Positions 8,640 through 15,335 of a stretch of DNA of 43,648 bases are shown here, piece by piece. Below the pieces are notes generated by a model, which saw only the letters and a program-made list of their open reading frames with translations, ran no database searches and had not been told where the DNA came from. This stretch comes from an uncultured Bacilli bacterium (lineage in GTDB: Bacteria > Bacillota_I > Bacilli_A > RF39 > UBA660): positions 1 through 43,648 of the forward strand of contig CANRAA010000002.1 of NCBI GenBank assembly GCA_947628485.1. The letters are read 5' to 3'. How positions within the stretch are numbered: position 1 is the first letter of the stretch; each line of letters opens with the position of its first letter. The translations under genes were made by a program, and so were the position numbers.

Positions 8640-9525
8640 CTTTTATTTCCTCCTCATTTTTATAAGGATACATTAAGAGTAATTCTTTTTTAGAAACTCC
8701 ATATTTGTTTTTAAAACGCATTTCATCATAAAACAAATTTTTAAAACTCTCTATTTTAATATTATTTTTCTTAAAATAATTATATCTAGCATAGGATAAT
8801 TCTAAACTTTGCATAAGATTTTTAGGATATTTCGTTACATAAAATTCAAAGCCAATTTCGCGATAATAATTTATCTTATTAGATATATTTTCAAAACTAA
8901 GACCAAATAAGGCCGGTAATTCTAACATTATTTTTAAAGTTTGCTCTTTTGTATATCCTAGAGACATTATATCCTCCATCTTTTGCTTGATATTTTCTAT
9001 ACTAAGAGACAATATTGTTGGCATAACAACAGTCATTTTTATTACCTCTTCTTTTTGATAACCTAAAGATATTAGAAATTCTAATTTTTGACTTAAGAAT
9101 TCAATATTATAAGCCCATACTGATGGTACTGAGGCTATTATTTTTATTACTTGTTTCTTGGTGTATCCTAAATTTGTTAAATCTTCAAGTCTTTTTTCTA
9201 ACGTTTTAATATTATAATTAAAAATTGCTGGTACTGATACTGTCATTTTAATTACTCGTTCTTTAGTATAACCTAAAGATATTAAATATTCTATCTTTTG
9301 TTTTATGTTTTCTACACTAAAACTATACAATGTTGGAGAATTTATGGCTATTTTTATAATTTGTAATTTGGTATAATCTAATTCTTTTAAATAATCGCTA
9401 ATATTTTTAATATGTTTTAATAATGTAGTTGGTACAAAAGCACTAATTGAATAATTGTTAAAAATTTCATCTACTTCTTCTTTTGTAAAACCAAATTCTA
9501 TTAAATAACTATAAACTTCTTCCAT
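8623..9525 (-). CDS. mTERF-repeat-like protein (first of three, first gene after the T-box)
   Basis: 300 aa, paralogous to 7743-8639 with the same repeat unit. A strong GAAGGAGG Shine-Dalgarno sequence lies directly after the T-box terminator. It overlaps the next gene by 17 nt. Confidence 0.75.
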   Translation of the reverse strand: MEEVYSYLIEFGFTKEEVDEIFNNYSISAFVPTTLLKHIKNISDYLKELDYTKLQIIKIAINSPTLYSFSVENIKQKIEYLISLGYTKERVIKMTVSVPAIFNYNIKTLEKRLEDLTNLGYTKKQVIKIIASVPSVWAYNIEFLSQKLEFLISLGYQKEEVIKMTVVMPTILSLSIENIKQKMEDIMSLGYTKEQTLKIMLELPALFGLSFENISNKINYYREIGFEFYVTKYPKNLMQSLELSYARYNYFKKNNIKIESFKNLFYDEMRFKNKYGVSKKELLLMYPYKNEEEIKDVRSI

Positions 9526-9540
9526 CTTGAACCTCCTTCA

Positions 9541-9750
9541 AAAATAAAAGTTCATAAATAAGGCTAAAGGACGAAAGTAATTCCGCGGTACCACCTTTAT
9601 TTATGAACTTAATCATACTCTTTTATTCGTATTGTGAATAGCCCATTATTTGCTCCTTAATTTGAAATTCAGTTATTTTAGTACTATAAATATTTCCACC
9701 CTTATATATTTATTCTCTAAACTAGTTTTAATAACCTACTCTAATTAAAT
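9541..9750 (-). promoter_or_regulatory. T-box leader (riboswitch), Phe specifier
   Basis: The minus strand contains the conserved T-box sequence AAAGGUGGUACCGCGGAA (plus-strand 9581-9598). This overlaps the 5' arm of a terminator, GUUCAUAAAUAAAGG...CCUUAUUUAUGAAC followed by UUUUAUUUU (9541-9608). Upstream Stem-I-like elements are AGAGA, GGUGGAA and AGUA, plus a candidate specifier GAAUUUCAAA. That specifier reads UUC followed by A, or UUU; both are Phe codons (around 9664-9666). Confidence 0.8.
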
Positions 9751-9764
9751 CATCACAAATACTC

Positions 9765-10304
9765 TTAATAATTTTCAGCTTTTCTTTCAAAATAACTTTT
9801 AGCATGTTTACATACAGGACATACTTCTGGAGCTTTCTTCCCAATAACAACATGACCACAATTACGGCATACCCAAATAGTATCACCTTCAGAAGTAAAT
9901 ACTAATCCTTCATCCATATTACTAATTAATTTACGATATCTTTCTTCATGTTCTTTTTCAATTGCCCCAACCATTTCAAATAAAGTGGCAAGTCTATCAA
10001 AACCTTCTTCTTTGGCTGTCTCCGCAAATTCTTTATACATATCAGTCCATTCGTAATTTTCGCCACTGGCAGCATCTTCTAAGTTAGTATGTGTATCAGG
10101 AACATCGCCATCATGTAATTCTTTAAACCAAATCTTTGCATGTTCCTTTTCATTATTCGCAGTTTCTTCAAAAATGGCTGCTATTTGTTCATAACCTTCT
10201 TTTCTGGCTTTACTAGCATAATAAGTATATTTATTTCTTGCTTGGCTTTCTCCAGCAAATGCGGCCATTAAATTTTTTTCCGTTTGACTTCCTTTTAATT
10301 CCAT
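9765..10304 (-). CDS. rbr: Rubrerythrin
   Basis: 179 aa with a ferritin-like diiron domain ([16 protein letters not shown]) followed by a C-terminal rubredoxin-like CRNCG...CPVC. Confidence 0.9.
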   Translation of the reverse strand: MELKGSQTEKNLMAAFAGESQARNKYTYYASKARKEGYEQIAAIFEETANNEKEHAKIWFKELHDGDVPDTHTNLEDAASGENYEWTDMYKEFAETAKEEGFDRLATLFEMVGAIEKEHEERYRKLISNMDEGLVFTSEGDTIWVCRNCGHVVIGKKAPEVCPVCKHAKSYFERKAENY

Positions 10305-10359
10305 AAAAACACTTCCTTCTTAATTAGTATTTTAAAGCAAATAGCAAAAAAAGTAAAGA

Positions 10360-11142
10360 TTAATTATGTCGATTATTCTTTACTTTCTTTAATTCTTTAT
10401 AAGCATTATTTAAATATTTATTATTGCTTTTTCCATCATTTTTAATTTTTTCAACTCTTTCATTAATTTCTTGCTTAATTTCTTCAGTTTTAGAGTTATC
10501 TTCAACTTCTTTATCAATCTTTTTTTCTTCGATTTCTTCTTGTTCTTCTTGTTTAATTTCCTTAGATAAATTAAATATTTTTAAAATATCTTTAACTATA
10601 ATATATAATGCTGGAATTAAAATCACTAATAACCAACCTAGACTACTTGATAAGAAGAATTGTAGTTTACCAAGTTTTGGAATAACGGCTTTAACGACCC
10701 CTACAACATTACTTTTCTTAACACAAACGGCATCTTCAGAAGTATTATTATCTCCTCTGGTTACCAAACATTTCGAGCCATCATCTAAGGTTTTCATGTC
10801 AACAACACGATGGGTAACCGTCATCCCATAATTAACTTGCCATGTCGATATATACGTAATAACATCATTTATTTTAACATCATCAATACTATTTATTTTG
10901 GTATTAATAATAACATCATATTTATCAATCGTGGGTTCCATACTTTCCGAAACCACGGTATAAACCGAAAACTTAGGTTCAAACATTTCACCATGGGTAG
11001 CATATAACCTAACCGAAATATAATAGTACACTAATAAAATTCCCACAACAACTAGTAAGATAAAAACAGTCCAACTTACTACTGTGGAAATATATTTAAA
11101 TAAACCTTTGAAATTGTAACGTGTTTCTTCTGCGCTTTCCAT
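10360..11142 (-). CDS. sipW: Signal peptidase I, ER/archaeal (SipW) type, with a long charged C-terminal tail
   Basis: It has the SESMEPTI box, THRVV (the His of the Ser-His type) and TRGDNN, flanked by N- and C-terminal TM helices. An approximately 75-aa E/K-rich tail follows the second TM helix. Confidence 0.85.
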   Translation of the reverse strand: MESAEETRYNFKGLFKYISTVVSWTVFILLVVVGILLVYYYISVRLYATHGEMFEPKFSVYTVVSESMEPTIDKYDVIINTKINSIDDVKINDVITYISTWQVNYGMTVTHRVVDMKTLDDGSKCLVTRGDNNTSEDAVCVKKSNVVGVVKAVIPKLGKLQFFLSSSLGWLLVILIPALYIIVKDILKIFNLSKEIKQEEQEEIEEKKIDKEVEDNSKTEEIKQEINERVEKIKNDGKSNNKYLNNAYKELKKVKNNRHN

Positions 11143-11211
11143 TACATTTCCCCTTATTCTAAAATAATTATAAACTTCTTTTTCACACTTCTCAATAGAA
11201 ATTTGTTTTTA

Positions 11212-11940
11212 CTAGGCACTTGCTTTATACTCTATTTTAAAATTAGCCCTATAAACTTTACCAACCGTACTTTCTCTATTTCTAATTATGGTCTCACTTT
11301 TCCAATACATTTTCTTACTTTCTCCCGGTTTACTCGTAAGTTCATAATTAGTAGCCACATTAATATTACCCGTAATTCCTCCAACATCATAGAAATTACT
11401 AGTGATAGCGTCAATAGTACTAAAAGGCGTACTAATTACATAATTAACATTTTCCCAAGTTTCATTATCAAAAGAATAGGAAAATCTTACTATAACATCA
11501 CTATTAATACTACTAATTGCATTATATACAAAATCATTTTTTTCAATTTCATATTTAACATCAAAAACTAAACGACCATTTTCTTTAGAATCCTCTTTAG
11601 TATTAACCTCAACATTAGCATATGACTCAATATTTACTTCACTTTCCGTTATGGTATCATCAATAGCTTTTTCAAACGGACCATTATTGGTAATTAAAGT
11701 TTTACTTTTAACATTGTTTACTTCAATTACTTCTTTATTATCTTTTATATTAAATTTTTTCTCGTAATAATTACCTATATAAAATAGAGTACAAAATAAA
11801 GTCAACGTAAAAAGAACTATTAAGATGATTAATAGAATAACACTGGTATATTTATTACTATGTGCCACTTTTTTTATCTCTAAATCTTCTTTATCATCAA
11901 TCTTACTTTTACTACTAGTATCAGTAACCCTTTTTTTCAT
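11212..11940 (-). CDS. Membrane-anchored, beta-rich hypothetical protein directly upstream of sipW
   Basis: The ORF is open to 11994, but the ATG at 11940 follows AAGGAAGG. There is a single N-terminal TM helix and then a polar, beta-rich domain. It could be a SipW substrate or partner, but I see no clear AYF motif. Confidence 0.6.
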   Translation of the reverse strand: MKKRVTDTSSKSKIDDKEDLEIKKVAHSNKYTSVILLIILIVLFTLTLFCTLFYIGNYYEKKFNIKDNKEVIEVNNVKSKTLITNNGPFEKAIDDTITESEVNIESYANVEVNTKEDSKENGRLVFDVKYEIEKNDFVYNAISSINSDVIVRFSYSFDNETWENVNYVISTPFSTIDAITSNFYDVGGITGNINVATNYELTSKPGESKKMYWKSETIIRNRESTVGKVYRANFKIEYKASA

Positions 11941-12134
11941 ATTGACCTTCCTTATTCTTAAATAAAGTATAACAAAATAATGGTTATTTTGCAATTATTT
12001 TATGCATTTTTAAAAATAACGAGGTAATAGATTTGTTTCGTAAAACTCACCATCCTCGTTTTCATTTTGGATAAAATTCTAGATAATCTTTGTCTTCTAT
12101 CTTCCCTAGTATATAACCTTAATCATATAATCAT

Positions 12135-12266
12135 TCAAGTTATAGAAGGCTTTGGGCGAACCGCATTCGTATTGTTCACCCAATCGTTGTTCAAGTTGCC
12201 GTCTGTATTCACATTCCACGCATTGTAATTGCTGCCGGACTTGCCATACCTAACTGCATATTTCAA
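12135..12266 (-). pseudogene. Orphan, Asn-codon-rich fragment homologous to the extreme C-terminus of the surface-protein paralogs (DGR template-repeat-like or silent-cassette-like)
   Basis: The minus-strand translation is (TTG)KYAVRYGKSGSNYNAWNVNTDGNLNNDWVNNTNAVRPKPSIT*. It aligns to RYGMEGDTNEAWAIYQDGRL... of B and to RYGHDNGDFNVWYVRKDGSF...VIRP of C. Ten of 43 residues are Asn, all encoded AAT or AAC. The fragment starts about 225 nt (12266) downstream of the B stop, on the same strand. There is no ATG start. Confidence 0.5.
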
Positions 12267-12393
12267 GATTACCTACTTATATTATACAACATAATTTATC
12301 AAAACAATAATTTCTTCAAAAAAGAAAAATAGAGACCCACGCATAAGTATGGCTCCCTTACAAAAGTGTAAAACACTTTTTCCTTGCATATTC

Positions 12394-12423
12394 ATAATAG
12401 CATATATGTATCAACAATGTCAA
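12394..12423 (-). promoter_or_regulatory. Sigma-A-like promoter reading toward the orphan fragment
   Basis: On the minus strand, TTGACA (12423-12418) is followed by an 18-nt spacer and TATTAT (12399-12394). TGTCGAA and TGTCATA boxes lie just upstream (12452-12436). Confidence 0.4.
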
Positions 12424-12490
12424 AACTTCTCATATTATGACAAAATTCGACATTTTCTGCCGAACTTTATGTATTATTATTTTAATTTGA

Positions 12491-14320
12491 TTATTGTACT
12501 CTAAATGGATCAGTGCTTATTCCACTACCTGTAAGTGTAACACTTGACTGCAAATAGAAGACATATCTGCCGGTTCTACTGTGCCCTGTTTGCAAGGGGG
12601 CCAGGCGACCATCTTGATATATAGCCCACGCCTCATTGGTGTCACCCTCCATCCCATACCTACTCATCGTCCACTCGAAAAACTCCCAACAGCTCTCCTT
12701 ACAAGAATACAACCAACTATTTGCATTTGAATAATCACCAGGCCAATCAAACGCACTATCCGACCACTCAGATGGATAATCCCAAGAATTATAATAATCA
12801 CTGGCATACATTAATCCTATATATGCTTGTACTGTTCCATCTTGCTTTCCTGTTGTTTTTGATGTCCATGGATATGTTTTTGTTTGTTCCATGTTCCATG
12901 TATGCTTTTCGATTAATCCTTTTATTCTTGTGTTTATTGAATTGTAAAATTCTCCATTCAAGTTTGTATATAAGTCTGATTCATTCCAAATCACTTTACT
13001 GTATAGATAACCCCAATAGCCATAAACCCCATAACGATCGTGAATCACTTTTAGTTTGCCATCTGTTGTTATCCCTATTATTCGGTACATATCACGACCA
13101 TCTTGACATTTGTCTGTCGACGTAGAGCCTAAACAGATATAATTGTTTGTTACTTCATCTTTTGTTCCATAATATCTATACATTCCATCCACTGCTGTTG
13201 TTTGTAATGTTTGAACTCCGTTTGCACCAGTTGCATATTTCCTTAAATAATCTATTGGTCCACTTTCTTTTGTTTTAAATGCATAATGTACTCTATTTGC
13301 TATACCACTATTGCCTGCTTTGTCTTTGGCATAGACATAGAAAGTGTAACTTGTTCCGGCTTTTAAACTGTTTACTACAATACTTGCACTTGTTACACAG
13401 GTATAGTCTGTCTCTTTTGCTGAGTTCTTTTGGGAGTAACAATATTTTTCTATTCCACTTGTTGGACTTACTCCTATCTTATTATCATTTGCTGTTATAC
13501 TTAATGTTAAGTTTGTTTCATTTATTGTTGGGGCTGTTACTTTTGTTACTGTTGGTGGTGTTACATCATATATTATGGCACTTGTCTTAACACTTGATAT
13601 ATTACCAGCTTTATCTCTTACATATCCTCTTACCGTCTTTGCCCCTTCTGTTGTATTGGTAAAGGTATAACTTGTACTTTTTCCTACTGTTACCCATGTA
13701 CAATTCTTTGTATCTGTTCCTTCGGTTACACACATATCTTGAGGATTTGTTTCGGTATATGTAAAATATACTGTATTTGCCTGTAGATTGGTATATTTTG
13801 TAGCATCTTCATTTTTTATATAAAACTTATTTATTACTGGTAAGGTCTTATCATAGGTTATTACATCACTACTTGATATTGATTTATTCCCATATTTATC
13901 TTTAACAAATCCAAAGATGGTTTTGTTTCCATCTGTTTTAGTATCTTTAAATGTATAACTATACTGTTTATTTGAAGTTATGTTTTGCCATGTACAACTA
14001 CTTACATTATTTGTTTCTGTTATACATACTTGATCTATATTTTTATTATTTGTTCCTGGGGTTATATATACTGTATTACCTCCCGCATTTGTATACTTTG
14101 GAGTTGTTGTTTGTTTTATATAGAATGATGTTATCTTTGGTTTAAAATCTCCTACCTTACTATTAAATATTTGGACTGGGTCTGTTACACTATTATAATA
14201 AGCATGAGTATCTTTTACTGCTACATTTATTATTGTTATTACTAACAGTAATGTTATAACCCCTACTAATGTTATTCCTTCTTTACTCTTTATTAGTTCT
14301 TTTAGTTTTTCTTTATTCAT
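12491..14320 (-). CDS. Surface/secreted protein, paralog B (two Cys-pair modules, Fn3/Ig-like module, full C-terminal domain)
   Basis: 609 aa. The signal anchor is followed by KDTHAYYNSVTDPVQ. There are two tandem approximately 100-aa Cys-pair modules, a DVTPPT linker and an Fn3-like module. The C-terminal domain carries LYRYYG, NNYICLG, MYRIIG..DGKLKVI, W.ESDLYTNLNGEFYNS and the ending ...FYLQSSVTLTGSG. Confidence 0.8.
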   Translation of the reverse strand: MNKEKLKELIKSKEGITLVGVITLLLVITIINVAVKDTHAYYNSVTDPVQIFNSKVGDFKPKITSFYIKQTTTPKYTNAGGNTVYITPGTNNKNIDQVCITETNNVSSCTWQNITSNKQYSYTFKDTKTDGNKTIFGFVKDKYGNKSISSSDVITYDKTLPVINKFYIKNEDATKYTNLQANTVYFTYTETNPQDMCVTEGTDTKNCTWVTVGKSTSYTFTNTTEGAKTVRGYVRDKAGNISSVKTSAIIYDVTPPTVTKVTAPTINETNLTLSITANDNKIGVSPTSGIEKYCYSQKNSAKETDYTCVTSASIVVNSLKAGTSYTFYVYAKDKAGNSGIANRVHYAFKTKESGPIDYLRKYATGANGVQTLQTTAVDGMYRYYGTKDEVTNNYICLGSTSTDKCQDGRDMYRIIGITTDGKLKVIHDRYGVYGYWGYLYSKVIWNESDLYTNLNGEFYNSINTRIKGLIEKHTWNMEQTKTYPWTSKTTGKQDGTVQAYIGLMYASDYYNSWDYPSEWSDSAFDWPGDYSNANSWLYSCKESCWEFFEWTMSRYGMEGDTNEAWAIYQDGRLAPLQTGHSRTGRYVFYLQSSVTLTGSGISTDPFRVQ

Positions 14321-14491
14321 ATATATTACCTCCTATGTTTGAAATGCCGTATTTATCAATAATAGTAAAAATAATTATAATAATTTCTATTACTTATAAA
14401 ATGTAAATAATAATTTAAATTTTTTAAATCTTTTGCACTGTTACTTATTGGAAATGTGGGTATAAAAACCGTATCATAATAATAAATAAAG

Positions 14492-14758
14492 TTGGTGATA
14501 CGATTGAAATTAAATAAAATTTTTGGTAACAATTTAAAATATTTTAGGTTTCATAAAAAGATGACTCAAGAAAAATTAGCAGAACTATCAGAAACTAGTG
14601 TTACATACATAAGTCAACTTGAACTAGGTCACCATACGCCATCATTTGATAAATTAGAATTAATCTCTAAAGCTTTAAATGTTGAACCATACGAATTTTA
14701 TGTTAAAAGAGATTTTAAAACCTTAGCTCCTAGAGTCGATATGAAACATTATAAATAG
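14492..14758 (+). CDS. XRE-family HTH regulator (single domain)
   Basis: It contains FGNNLKYFRFHKKMTQEKLAELSETSVTYISQLELG. The gene is divergent from paralog B. The start codon is uncertain (TTG or GTG candidates at 14492-14506). Confidence 0.8.
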   Translation: MVIRLKLNKIFGNNLKYFRFHKKMTQEKLAELSETSVTYISQLELGHHTPSFDKLELISKALNVEPYEFYVKRDFKTLAPRVDMKHYK

Positions 14759-14852
14759 CACCTCGTACTATTAAGACTATTATAACACAACTTACTCGAA
14801 TAGTGTAACTTTTTTAATGGATTTTTGTAAAGTAATAGAAAGGCAATAATAG

Positions 14853-15083
14853 ATGACTAATAAAAACGATGAGAATTATATATATGATTTAGTTTCGAAA
14901 AATATTAAAAAACAAAGAAAATTAAAAAAACTAACTCAAAAAGAACTTGCAGAAAAAATGAATTATTCAACTCAATTTATATCAAACATTGAAAGTAAAA
15001 ACCATCAAACTTTTAGTTTGGGTACACTATATAGAATTGCATTAGTTTTAGATATTGATATTTCCGAATTTTTTAAAGAATAA
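14853..15083 (+). CDS. XRE-family HTH regulator (single domain)
   Basis: 76 aa containing KKQRKLKKLTQKELAEKMNYSTQFISNIESK. It is the second of two adjacent single-HTH genes. Confidence 0.8.
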   Translation: MTNKNDENYIYDLVSKNIKKQRKLKKLTQKELAEKMNYSTQFISNIESKNHQTFSLGTLYRIALVLDIDISEFFKE

Positions 15084-15098
15084 ATATTAATGTTAAAC

Positions 15099-15126
15099 AA
15101 CGAAGTACAAATTCGTTTTTGCTTTC
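15099..15126 (+). terminator. Intrinsic terminator after the second XRE gene
   Basis: AACGAA-GUACAAA-UUCGUU is followed by UUUGCUUUC, 16 nt after the stop codon. Confidence 0.55.
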
Positions 15127-15155
15127 ATTAATTATATTACAATATCATTATTTGA

Positions 15156-15184
15156 TTGTATATTTAAATAAAATGTAGTATAAT
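15156..15184 (+). promoter_or_regulatory. Sigma-A-like promoter for a short plus-strand transcript
   Basis: TTGTAT (15156-15161) is followed by a 17-nt spacer and TATAAT (15179-15184). Confidence 0.4.
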
Positions 15185-15190
15185 ATAAAT

Positions 15191-15258
15191 AGAAAACGCA
15201 GGAATGTGCGTTGCTAATTTTGTGGGCCTACTCTGGTATTACCGGAGTAGGTATTTTT
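15191..15258 (+). ncRNA. Candidate approximately 70-nt antisense sRNA (putative type I antitoxin)
   Basis: It is bounded by the promoter above and by a strong plus-strand-specific terminator. That terminator has a roughly 10-bp stem at 15227-15251 (CCUACUCUGG...CCGGAGUAGG) followed by UAUUUUUGUAUU. An internal hairpin, AACGCA-GGAAUG-UGCGUU, is also present. The transcript overlaps the last approximately 10 codons and the 3' UTR of the convergent small ORF. Confidence 0.35.
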
Positions 15259-15335
15259 GTATTATTAAGTACTAGCAAGTACAATAACACAAAAATAATG
15301 ACAAATAATACTTTTATCAAAGTTTTATTCTTCAT
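15228..15335 (-). CDS. 35-aa hydrophobic peptide (candidate type I toxin)
   Basis: The peptide is MKNKTLIKVLFVIIFVLLYLLVLNNTKIPTPVIPE. A very strong AAAGGGGTGGTG Shine-Dalgarno sequence ends 2-3 nt before the ATG at 15335. The peptide has a basic N-terminus, one TM helix and a polar tail. It is not in the ORF track because it is too short. Confidence 0.45.
   Translation of the reverse strand: MKNKTLIKVLFVIIFVLLYLLVLNNTKIPTPVIPE

Noticed and set aside
12135-12680. An active diversity-generating retroelement (TR at 12135-12266 paired with a VR at the 3' end of paralog B)
   Set aside because: No reverse transcriptase or Avd gene is present in the window. In my hand alignment many mismatches fall on non-adenine template positions (6 of 23 in the best 36-nt core), and similarity collapses outside that core. 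It cannot be a currently functioning TR/VR pair. I kept it only as a decayed-DGR or cassette hypothesis in the findings.
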